DNA of 64,000 bases, taken from assembly GCA_002269645.1 (NCBI GenBank), contig NIVC01003053.1:58979-122978 (forward strand), written 5' to 3'. The translations under genes were made by a program, and so were the position numbers. Source of the DNA: Macrostomum lignano. Lineage: Eukaryota. The notes beneath the pieces were generated by a model. That model was not told where the DNA came from. It made no database searches and was given only the letters and a program-made list of their open reading frames with translations. Positions 38,269 to 50,500 of the stretch are shown one piece after another. Position 1 is the first letter of the stretch, and every line of letters starts with the position of its first letter.

Positions 38269-41200
38269 CTAAAGAATTACGCATTCTTTTGGAGCTTTCG
38301 CTACGGCTGCTGTTGCGGTATTCTCTCGCAGCTTTTTGATTTGTTCCTCCTGCTCTTTGAGCTGCTTCTTCAGTTCTTCAATCTCCTCAGGGATTGTTTG
38401 GGCCTGCTTAGCCTCTAGGCTTTGCAGTTTGTTCTTGGCCTCTCGCTTACGTGCGACCAGCTCACCGCCTTTGTTCTTTTCGTAGCACAGTTGGGCTGCC
38501 TTGAACATTTCGTTTGTGTACTTCTGGCTATTATTGAGTCGTCTCACGCTGTTTATCAGCAGTACAAACTCGGTCAGCTGTTTCGATTCAATATTTTTGC
38601 AGTTCACCACCATGTATCTCTCGCCAACGGAATTCATCAACTTTTTAAAGTTTGGGATCGCTTTGGTCGCTGTTTCTACAGTGTCGAAAAACGCTTTTCT
38701 ACCGCCTTCTTTCAGAACAGAGTCTCCGTGTGTGAAAACGCACACAACGTGCTGCCAGAACTTTTCGCCAAACAGACTCTGCAACTGAGTCACCGCCTTG
38801 AATTCGTCCTCAGTGAATTTACTGTCAGCTCGAAGCACAATTACAAAGGCGGTCACTCCGTTGGGTGCCAAGCTGATCGCCTTGCAGATGCCTTTCAAGG
38901 CCTCGTCGGGTTTGACATTGTCCATGACTCCGGGCGTATCAATAACGAACACTTCGTCGGCGCTAGCAATCTTTCCCTGCAATGACAAGCAAAGTCACAT
39001 AAGTAATCTAACCATGGACAACTGACTGTTCAAGGACACTAAACTCGAATTTCTTAAAAAGGAGCTGGAAGCGTTCAATTAGCTTAAAATTGCCAAGTGC
39101 AAACTAAAAAAGTGCTACTTCAACTGACATGTAACACATATCGAGTTCGTTCTCCTTTGTTTTGTTTCACTAGTAAGTAAGCCTAAAATCATTTTGAGTC
39201 ATTTTAAGCCATTTTAAGCTACTTGAATGCACTCAGCTTAGTACGCATTAGAGCGCATGTCTTTCCCGACTGAATTTGTCCATGGCGAAATTGTACACAT
39301 CAATTGACATAAAACTAAACATGCATAACATTGTAATTAAGTGAACGTGCACCATGAAAACTGCGCTAGAGGTCAGTTTTCGCTGCAAAATACATGAACA
39401 GTAAAAATACCAAGACCGTCGAACTACCAAGGGAGATTCCCCCTCCTAGCCCCCGGACAAGCGAGATATTCAACGATTCTGCCAAAAAAGTTCGCATTCT
39501 TTCAATACACTTCTGTGCGCCAATCAGCAGCTGCACCTCATTTCGGTCTCGCCAAGACACCAAATTTCATCAGCACGTCGACCACATGTGTCTCTGGCAC
39601 CAGCTCTGGCATCGTTGGTCACTGGCCTTCACCCAGCTGCTGGAGCTTTTGGACCTTCATCAGGTGGCACCAGGGGACTATGAACATCCTGCTGCGAAAT
39701 TCTCCAGTTTCGCTGATCAAACCTCGACAGTGGGCAAATCTAAACTGAGCTCGACCTAAGCTGTGACGTCATCGCGCTGCAGGAGGTTTCTGTCAAGGCT
39801 TATTCGGAACTTCACTTCAAATGGGCACCGGATGAACCCTTTACTATTAACTGTAGATGGAGTATTGGCGAGAAGGCACCCAAAGAATGGACTACGATAC
39901 ACATCGTCGCTATTTCATAAAAGCCAGGCACCGCAAGGCTAGAGGAAGACCGATACATCTACCTGCAGCCCTGCGGATACGCCAGTCGATACTGATTGTT
40001 ATCTTCAAATAGATGTCAAGAAGGCGGTCGACTCGGTCTTCAGGTTCATGCCCCTAAAGGTAGGTGCTCCGTGCGGACAACCTGGCAGCAGCTTGTCTCA
40101 TGGCAACATACTTTGTGTTAAAAAAAAGCTGCTATTTCAACACCGAACGGCCAATTGGACTTTTTCGAGACATCCTCTGGGAGCTCTAGGGATCTAGGCA
40201 CCGTTTCTGTTCTTTCTGGTGCTAGACTGGGTGCTACGGATTTCTCTTCCTACACCAACGAACGACGACAGCGCACCCACGATTTCCTCAAATGTCGAGG
40301 GCGCCCAGCGACAACTAGACAAGCTAGTTGCTGTTGCGGCGAGCGTCAGCCTGATGCTCAACACGCAAAAGACAGTCGTGTTCTGCGTGCTGGACAGCAT
40401 AAAGATTGCAATTTTGTGCTGGGAAGCAGATAAACAAGCGATGCGAGCTTCCGCGTTGTCATCTGATTCCCGGCTGTGGGCTTTCCGAGGGTTCTGTGAG
40501 GCTAGTCCTGCAGTCCGACCCCACCGACAAAATGTATGCTTGCTTTCACTCGTAATTAGAAAACTCAAATAGTAAGATATTGATACATGAACTCAACGCT
40601 AAAACCAGAGTACATCCTGTCTATTATTGCTCTTCTTCTATTCCTCCAACTTGAGTTATCAACAAGATGAAACTGCACACACATTGCATATGAATGCATG
40701 CTAAACTCGCCAGCTATAGCCAATCAAACATGTGCAAAGTGGACAATTTATTGCAATGTAGTTACCTCCTCTCCGACAGGATCATGTTGCTGACAGGCCA
40801 CTAGGCCATCTGTCTGTTGAAACTTCTTTCTTCCTAGCAAAGCGTTACCCAAGGAACTCTTGCCATTGCCTGTCTTGCCAAGCAGCATGACGACTAACTG
40901 CTCTTTTGGCTGAAATTCGTTCAAATTAAAAGCAGACAGAACATTATACTTATGATGTTATACTGGCGATGAGAGGGACAGGGGATGAGAGGTGCAGGGG
41001 ATGAGAGAAACAGGGGATGAGAGGTGCAGGGATGAGAGGTGCAGGGATGAGAGGTGCAGGGATGAGAGGTGCAGGGATGAGAGGTGCAGGGATGAGAGGT
41101 GCAGGGATGAGAGGTGCAGGGATGAGAGGTGCAGGGATGAGAGGTGCAGGGATGAGAGGTGCAGGGATGAGAGGTGCAGGGATGAGAGGTGCAGGGATGA

Positions 41201-42200
41201 GAGGTGCAGGGATGAGAGGGGCAAGGATGAGATGTGCAGGGATGAGAGGGGCAAGGATGAGAGGTGCAGGGATGAGAGGTGCAGGGATGAGAGGTGCAGG
41301 GATGAGAGGTGCAGGGATGAGAGGTGCAGGGATGAGATGGGCAAGGATGAGATGTGCAGGGATGAGAGGGGCAAGGATGAGAGGTGCAGGGATGAGAGAG
41401 ACAGGGGATGAGAGGGGCAGGGATAAGAGGGACAGAGGATGAGAGGGACAGAGGATGAGAGGTGCAGGGATGAGAGGTGCAGGGGATGAGAGGGACAGGG
41501 GATGAGAGGGACAGGGATAAGAGGGACAGAGGATGAGAGGGACAGAGGATGAGAGGTGCAGGGGATGAGAGGGGCAGGGATAAGAGGGACAGAGGATGAG
41601 AGGGACAGAGGATGAGAGGTGCAGGGATGAGAGGTGCAGAGATGAGAGGGACAGGGGATGAGAGGTGCAGGGGATGAGAGGTGCAGGGGATGAGAGGGAC
41701 AAGGGATGAGAGGGACAGGGGATGAGAGGGACAGGGGATGAGAGGGACAGGGGATGAGAGGGACAGGGGATGAGAAGTGCAGGGGATGAGAGGGACAGGG
41801 GATGAGAGGGACAGGGGATGAGAGGGACAGGGGATGAGAGGGACAGGGGATGAGAGGTGCAGGGGATGAGAGGGACAGGGGATGAGAGGGACAGGGGATG
41901 AGAGAGACAGGGGATGAGAGGTGCAGGGGATGAGAGGTGCAGGGGATGAGAGGGACAGGGGATGAGAGGTGCAGGGGATGAGAAGGACAGGGGTACAGGG
42001 GATCAGAAGAACAGAACCCAGTGATGAGAGATGAAAGAGACTATTGAGGAGATTGACTGGGGAACAAAGTGATGAATTACGATGAATTCATTGTAATAGC
42101 ATTCCACTATTGACTAGTTGAGAGTAGATCTGAGTAGATTTATGAGTAGTTCTGAATGCAAATTATAATCACTTACCAGTGGCGGCGCCATTGATGTCAT
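38269..42200 (-). CDS. AIG1/GIMAP-family GTPase B, 291 aa, CaaX (CVIL)
   Basis: Exons 42200-42177, 40909-40766, 38976-38269, all phase 0; equivalent intron positions to paralog A; GKTGNGKS, IDTPG, VFTHGD. Confidence 0.9.
39750..40530 (+). mobile_element. Heavily deleted LINE relic (APE + RT pieces) in the GIMAP-B intron
   Basis: DVIALQEV (APE); EWTTIHIVAI..KPG; DVKKAVDSV; QRQLDKLVAVAASVSLMLNTQKT. Confidence 0.65.
40970..41995. repeat. 15-16-bp minisatellite (GGGATGAGAGGTGCA)n
   Basis: Direct reading. Confidence 0.96.
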
Positions 42201-42591
42201 GTATTTCGGCTTTGTTGTCATTTCAAATAAAAAAGTTCTTTAACCGCAATATTACAGTTTTGAGAGCAATAATTTGTCAAGCTCATCCGTCTGCTCACAA
42301 GTTAAAGCACTCGTCTTTTTAAATAAAAGCAAAATGCCCCCGGCCTCCTCCTCATTTTTTATTGTTCTATTGAAGCTCTCAGTCATAGAAACTTTTTTTC
42401 GAGAATGCGGTGTACAGATACGTGAGGCTGACAACTTTGCCGATGCTCAGATTGTACATTACGCTTCATACGAGCGTAGATAGATTTCAAACCCTGGCTG
42501 GGTGCTTCTTACAGCTGTACTGCACGTACTTAATTGGTGTTCAATGAAAGGCAATGCGCAAGGAGCACGAAAAAAAGCAGATACAAGGATG

Positions 42592-43397
42592 CAGGGGCGT
42601 CGCCAGCGGGTGGGGGGGGGACAGGGGGACATGTCTCCCAGCGAAAGAGATATAGGGGACATGCCAATGCTTTGTCCCCCCCATCCACGGCCTTGTTATG
42701 GACCCGTTATGGAGATCAATAATTTTGCTGCATGGCGACAAAACTTAGCGCCTGCGGCGCTAAAATGACTGCCTGCGGCGCTAAAATGAGTGCCTGCGGC
42801 GCTAAAATGAGTGCCTGCGGCGGTAAAATGAGTGTCTGCGGCGCTAAAATGAGTGCCTGCGGCGGTAAAATGAGTGCCTGCGGCGCTAAAATGAGTGCCT
42901 GTGGCGCTAAAATGAGTGCCTGCGGCGGTAAAATGAGTGCCTGCGGCGGTAAAATGAGTGTCTGCGGCGCTAAAATGAGTGTCTGCGGCGCTAAAATGAG
43001 TGCCTGCGGCGGTAAAATGAGTGCCTGCGGCGCTAAAATGAGTGCCTGCGGCGCTAAAATGAGTGCCTGTGGCGCTAAAATGAGTGCCTGCGGCGGTAAA
43101 ATGAGTGCCTGCGGCGGTAAAATGAGTGTCTGCGGCGCTAAAATGAGTGCCTGCGGCGCTAAAATGAGTGCCTTCGGCGGTAAAATGAGTGTCTGCGGCG
43201 CTAAAATGAGTGCCTGCGGCGCTAAAATGAGTGCCTGCGGCGCTAAAATGAGTGCCTGTGGCGCTAAAATGAGTGCCTGCGGCGCTAAAATGAGTGCCTG
43301 CGGCGCTAAAATGAGTGTCTGCGGCGCCAAAATGAGCGTTGACAACACCGATTCTTGGCTTTGTTCTCCCACCATAAAATCCATGGAGACGCCTCTG
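42592..43397 (-). mobile_element. hAT-like MITE carrying the 21-bp minisatellite (array ~42745-43335)
   Basis: Imperfect TIRs CAGGGGCGTCGCCA / TGGAGACGCCTCTG; no clean TSD seen. Confidence 0.75.
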
Positions 43398-44541
43398 AGG
43401 CTGTTACACTGTACAAGATCTAGGTGCTGCAGCTGCACATTTTTACATGACATCAATGATGCATTTAATTCTTAAAAATTTCACCTCTTCGATCTTCTCT
43501 TCTCTTCTCTCCTATCTCTTTTTCTCCTCTCCCCCTTTCTCATTTCACTCTCCTCTCTTCTCTTTTATCTTATCCTATATCTCTCGCCTCTCTCCTCTGA
43601 TCCCCTCATCAACTTTCAAACATGTATTTTCGATCCCTCGATATCTCGATCCTCTCTCATCATCTACTGGCCCTATATTACCTGTAGGTTCTTTAGCTCT
43701 GACCCTTAAGGCAAAAAAATTTGCCAATCCCTAAACTAGACTACTATCACACCCCGGGCAGGTTTTTATAAAGCTCGGATAGACATGTACTGCCTCGATC
43801 ATTGCATTACCGAAGCCTACTACATTTGTACATGCATATCGCGCCAAGTCAATTTTTTTTGCGGTCCTGCCATTACTCCCGTCGTTGCACTTTGGCTAGT
43901 TATTGATTGGAGAATTCTGCTTTGATGTAATTCTCTCCCCCATTGGCCCCGCTTTTTCTACTGTTATTATCAATCAAATACATTCACGCCTCTTCAATTT
44001 TAGTATAAATTCGAGTTTTGTCAATAGAGAGTATTATTAGGCCTATATAGAAGTTTTTGTACACACTACTTTAAGTTATATTTTAGCCGTCCCGTCGCTT
44101 TAAATGTATTAATTATCAAGCATCAGTTGTTTTAAATGGTAGAGATGCAGCTATCATAATTTCAAACAGTTTTTCAACGCTTATTTATTCAGAGATTCGC
44201 AAAACCTGTACCTGTAACTGTAAGCTGCACTACCGCGTTTATCGTTCTGTACACAGTTGTGGGCTGTGCGTTCCTCACTTCATTATTCGTTGTTGGTTGC
44301 TTCCAAGCTTGACCTATGCACTGAACTTAATACCCGAACGCCTAAAAATCAATTCTTAATAATAATAACTAGGCCACAGCACTAGTACTTAATTATTTAG
44401 AGCTGGGAGAGTCGCCAGTACGAAACCTCAGTTGCAAATTTTTAACTTTTGAACTTATCAAATGTAAATATTTTATCATAGTTCAACTTATCTAATCCTG
44501 TCAATCTCTATTCAACTATAGGCCTATTGCTTACAACACAA

Positions 44542-47500
44542 ATGATGGCAATGGGAAGCTCTAGAATAAGAACTTTGCTTATTTTCTCTTGCTTGCAATA
44601 TATTTTTACCATTAAGCCTACTTTGCAAGAAAGCTTATCAATGCAGCAACAAGATACTCAGCCAAAGCTTCTATTTAATATTACAAAATTACAGTGCAAC
44701 TTAAATAAAAATCACATAGATCCAAAGTGCCTAATTTTTTCAATGAAACCTACAAATTTTAGGTAAGTTTTTAGTGCCATGTGTCAGTAATGTTACCATT
44801 TTATAATTTATAATCTAACTATTTGAGTATTTATACTTGCCATTTTCAAACAAACAATTTTTAAAAATATTTTTTAAATAAAGATCAAAACATCCATTTT
44901 TACAATTTTAGTTGTCAAGCTTCACAGTTTCAGTGTCTAACGCCTAAAAAAGTTGGATGCACATCTATACCAACTAACTGTTTGCAGCAACATTGTCGAG
45001 ATGGCTCTGATGTAGCATTTTGCTGTATGTGATTTCAGTTATTATAATTGATAATTGAAGTTTATTGTTTCTTTATTTATCTCAACAAGCTTAATTATAA
45101 ATGTTTTTTTAGACTTACAAGAAAGTTTCTGGCAACTTGGAACAATTCCTACCAATGTGTCCACTAAATCAGAGGCTTATCTGCAAATTACACTGAAGCC
45201 AATGCCAGTTCCAATCCAAAAGTGGCTGACCCAGTTCAATTATACTTTAGTTTATACTGTTATGATCTATTGGACTGTGAGGTAAGTTGTGCCTTATTAA
45301 AGATTTGTATTTTTAAATTGTTTCTTTTAAATAGTTTGAATGGTGTCAATTAATGTGAATGGTATCAATTAGTATAAATGGTGTCAACAATTAGTGTGAA
45401 TAGTGTCACAATTAGTGTGAATGGCATCACAATTAGTGTGAATGGTGTCACAATTAGTGTGAATGGTGTCAATTAGTGTGAATAGTGTCAACAATTAGTG
45501 TGAATGGTGTCACAATTAGTGTGAATGGTATCACAATTAGTGTGAATGGTGTCAATTAGTGTGAATGGCATCACAGTTAGTGTGAATGGTATCAATTAAT
45601 GTGAATGGTGTCAATTAGTGTGAATAGTGTCAACAATTAGTGTGAATGGTGTCACGATTAGTGTGAATGGTATCACAATTAGTGTGAATGGTATCACAAT
45701 TAGTGTGAATGGTGCCACGATTAGTTTGAATGGTGTCACAATTAGTGTGAATTGTGACACTAATGGTATGAATAAGTTCATATCCCAATAAGTGTGAATA
45801 GTGAAACTATTAGTGTGACTGAATTTATATCACTATTAGTATGAATGCCATCACAATTTGCATCATAGATGGTGCTTTGTAACAATTAGGGGGTTGTAGC
45901 GTAGTGGTTAGAGCGTCGGACTCACGACTTGAAGGTCAGGGGTTTGATTCTTGACCCACTCAGAACAATTTTTGTCCTTGAGTAAGACACTTAACTCTGC
46001 ATTGCTTCAGTACTCAGTTCACCCAGCTGTAAAATGGGTGCCAGCATTAGCTGGGATAATTGAAGGTGTGTGGCGACCCCCCAGTCCTTGGACTGAACAG
46101 CCGTACGCAGCCTTCAGATGTGCTGCGCAATAGCTGCGGCTGAGCTGTCGGTTGCACATCTGCCCATTAGGTCAGGTGTAATCAATTATTATTATTCGTA
46201 ACAAACTTTTATAAAAGTATGTAATTTTAAAATGCACTTATTAAACAACACTCTTGACACCCTGCAGCAGTCATCACACTCCAACCGACAGTCTGGCAGC
46301 CAAGCCAACTGATCCAGCCGCGTACCCGCTTCTTGGTGCCACCAATATCAGCGTACCTGTCCAATGGTCTGACACTAGCAGTGCCGCAGCTACTAACTGC
46401 ATGCTTGTTGTCAGGCTGAGTGTACAACCGCCAAATGATGACAAACTTGTGGCTGTAGCTCCGGCTTTGACTGATCGATTTGCTGTAGTGGTGCCATTGC
46501 CAGTATTAATAGAGCGGATGAGGTCGACAGCTGATAGCGACATTCGAGTGATCAGTCTGGCAGTCTATGGTGATAGCAGTCGAAAGTCGCGAGTTCGAGT
46601 TCAAATTGAAGCAATCTCTACTAGATTGTTGTCAAATCATCAGGAGAAGGCATCTCTGTTGCTGAATTGGCATTGTTATAACAAAGAAGGAGGGTTAATT
46701 GATGACAATTCTAGAGAGTTGTTGCTTCCAGGAGACGGAAGAAACACAGGTAAAGACTGTTTGCTTTTTTCAGAGTGAAATTTTTGCATATTATGCTCCT
46801 ATCTTTTTATGTTGAGCTTGAATAATAATTCAATTTAGGCTTAATTCGATAGTTAGGAAGAGAGGTTAATTTTAATCCAAAATCTGAGCTTTATCTGGGC
46901 AGAGTTTTGGCAGGGACTGCGGCTCCTTAATCCAGGGGATTATTGTAATCCCAAATGGGGAGGAACTGCAGCTCCTGATCCAGGGGATTATTGTAATCCC
47001 AAATGGGGAGGAACTGCAGCTCCTTAATCCAGGGGATTATTGTAATCCCAAATGGGGAGGAACTGCAGCTCCTTATCCAGGGGATTATTGTAATCCCAAA
47101 TGGGGAGGAACTGCGGCTCCTTATCCAGGGGATTATTGTAATCCCAAATGGGGAGGAACTGCAGCTCCTTATCCAGGGGATTATTGTAATCCCAAATGGG
47201 GAGGAACTGCGGCTCCTTAATCCAGGGGATTATTGTAATCCCAAATGGGGAGGAACTGCAGCTCCTTAATCCAGGGGATTATTGTAATCCCAAATGGGGA
47301 GGAACTGCAGCTCCTTAATCCAGGGGATTATTGTAATCCCAAATGGGGAGGAACTGCAGCTCCTTAATCCAGGGGATTATTGGAATCCCAAAATGCAGGG
47401 ACAGCTAACACTAACCTTTAATGACTTTTAAACACTCAAGATGCAGCTTCACGCTATCTGCTGGATGCCACGGTTAACCTGACAGCCCAGATTGACAACA

Positions 47501-50500
47501 CGAGCAGTTGTCAATTCTGGGTTGGACAAAATTCTTCCAACTCAGTTGTTGCACCTGTCATGAGCTCTTCATCAGCTCCGGAGTTCTCTGTGGAGTTGGA
47601 CATGTTCTCCGGTGTGAATGCCACCGATGATGGAGGCTTGGAGGTGGCCTGGCGCGTGCCGGACTCCTGGCGTCGCGCCTACCCGCCGGAGGTGTACAAT
47701 TTCACTGTGGACTACTGGGCCCATCTGTGCGGCAGGGGCGGCTCCAGTCTGACTGGTTTGAGAACTGCCCGGGTTAAACTGACTGCCGATTTGCTCAACC
47801 CGGCTACGAAATACTGGGTAGGTGGCGGTGCTGTCTGGGGCTAAGGACTATTGTTTGGGGATAAAATCTATTAGGATTTAAATCCCGAACCACAAGGACC
47901 TAAATCACAACTATGGGGATCCTAATCCAAACTATAGTAGTTGGGATCTAAATCCCAAACTATAGTAGGAACTAAATCCCAAACTACAGTACTAAATCCC
48001 AAACTTATTGTATTAAATCCTAAACTATAGGGATCTAAATCCCAATCTGTAGGGGATCCAACTCCCAAACTATATAAGAATCTAAATCCCAAGCTACAAG
48101 GATCTATCACCGGAGAGTCAGATTGTATAATCCCCAATTTCGGTTTCATTAGCCTACTGAAAATTTCTATGATTTATTACCTGCACCTGTGCCAACTGCA
48201 GGTGTCAGTTCGCGCCTGCGACACCCGCGGCTGCGGACCCCGGTCAGGTTATGGCGTCGCGCAGACGGCAGGACCACCAGTTCCGCCAGTGGATTTGGTG
48301 GACGCCAATCTGATCAATGGCACTGACCTTGCAGTGTCCTGGCGAGTTGGTCCAGTAGATTCACGCTGGCCAGCTGGAAAGTCTTGGCTAGTCAGCCTGT
48401 ACTATGACACTAATCTGTTCAGGGTGATGTGCTCGGATAAACTGCCCACCGATGCTTCTGTTGTGCAGTCGCTGTCATCTCGGTGAGTAGTAGATTTTTA
48501 ACGCAATTTATTTTTCTTCGGCGCAAAGCACTACTTAAAGTAAAAATACAAGTTTTTGTGCGTGTTTTATCTTTAAAATTTATCCAAACTACTCTACTTT
48601 AAGTAGAAATAAAAGTTTTTGTTCGTTTTTATTTTTCGAATTACCCTAAGCTACTCTACATTAAGTAGAAACAAGTTATTTTTTCGTGTTTTATTTTTCA
48701 AATTTACATAAAATACTCTCCTTTTAAGTGGGTAGAAATGCAAAGTGTATTTTTAATGTTTCAGAGTTCGGCTAGATCACCTTCAAGGCTGTTCTCTGTA
48801 CTCGATGCGGGTGCAGGTAACAGATCCCGCTGGATTGGGACCAGCGTCGCCTATTTATCTGCAGGCTACGGGGCTAAGTGAGTATAAATTCAATAGGACG
48901 AACTGCTTCATGTCTTCAAATCTCAGTAATAAATCGGCCTTTAAATCTCAGTAATAAGCCTTAAAATCTCAGTTATAGGCCTTCAAATTTCATTAAAAAA
49001 TCGGCCTTCAAATCTCAGTAATAAATCGGTCTTAGAATCTTATTAATAAATCCGCCTTCAAATATCAGTAATAAACCGGCCTTCAAATCTAAATAATAAA
49101 TCGGCCTTCTAATATTATTAGTAAATCGGCCTTCAAAACAAAGCACAAAATCGGCCTTTAAATCTCACTAATAAATCGACCTTTAAATCTCATTAGTGAA
49201 TCGGCCTTCAAAACAAAGTAATAAATCGACCTTCAAATCTTAATAACAAACCGGCCTTCAAATCTTAGTAACAAATCGACCTTCAAATCTTAATGACAAA
49301 TCGACCTTCAAATCTTAATAACAAATCGACCTTCAAATCTCATTCGCAAATCGGCCTTCAAAACAAAGCAATTAATCGGCCTTCAAATCTCACTAATAAA
49401 TCGACCTTTAAATCTCATTAGTGAATCGGCCTTCAAAACAAAGTTAAAAATCGGCCTTCAAATCTTTTACTTTAGAATCGCTCTCCTAAATTTACATCTA
49501 TAGTCAGTCAGAACATACACTCTTGTTTTCAATTGCTTGAAAAAAATATTTAAAATATTACGCTCTCATTGCGCACAGGGTCTACATCTCCCCCGCGTAA
49601 CGTGCGCTACACTTACCCGTACAAGGGCAACAGCTCTCAGGCACTAATAACATGGAACGCGCCCTGTGTTATCGCGTTGAAACCTGTGGTAAGTTTTATT
49701 AGCAAGCTTCTTTTTGAAATTATCCGTTCTTATTCTTAATTCCCATATTACTTTCTCCAGGCATACGTACTGAAAGTAACGGATATGTTCACTGAGGACA
49801 CCAAAGAGTTCTATATTGATGACACTACTGACTCGGTGATTGCTCAATTCATCGAAGATTTGGAATCGGGCAGGCTGTACAGAATCATGGTTCTCACCAA
49901 TGCTGTTGGCGGTCAGAGCTCTGTGCCAATTGTGCTCAAAACCGGTGCGCTTTGTTTTGTGTTTCCTTGGCTTAATGGAGATTTTAATGTGATCAGCTGG
50001 GGTTGATCAGATATTCTCAGAGTGTTGGCAGATCCTCAGAGATCATGTGTAGCTTCGTGTACTGAGATCCCATACCCAAGTGAGGGATTAGTGAGTGAGA
50101 TACCATACCCCCATACATGCGCAACAGTCGGCCGAGTCGGCCGATCTGGCCGACCGATTTGGCAGCCAACCAAGGAAGTCGCAAAAATACCCACCTGAAA
50201 AATTACCCAAGTAGTAGTATTAAGTAGCTGACGAGACATTTTGGCTCAAAAAGACAGTCATAGTTACTCCTGCCGTTTACCCAAAGTTGCGTTAATTTTG
50301 CTTTAGGGTTTTTTACATGTAAGTTGCATTTTTGGCCAAAAACTACGTCGCATTTTTGTTAAAACTAAGTCGCATGGCCGACCGAATTTTGGAGGTTGCG
50401 CCTGTATGCATACCCCCAAGTGAGGGATTAGTGAGTGAGATCCCATATCCAAATGACGGATTAGTGAGTAAGATACCATACCAAGTGAGGGATTAGTGAG

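Noticed and set aside
45889-45960. Functional tRNA gene
   Set aside because: Degenerate cloverleaf and B box continuing into the CORE domain and tail, so a SINE
46905-47395. Regularly spaced repeats resembling CRISPR arrays (also 50083-52510, 63415-63835)
   Set aside because: No unique spacers, no cas genes, eukaryotic context
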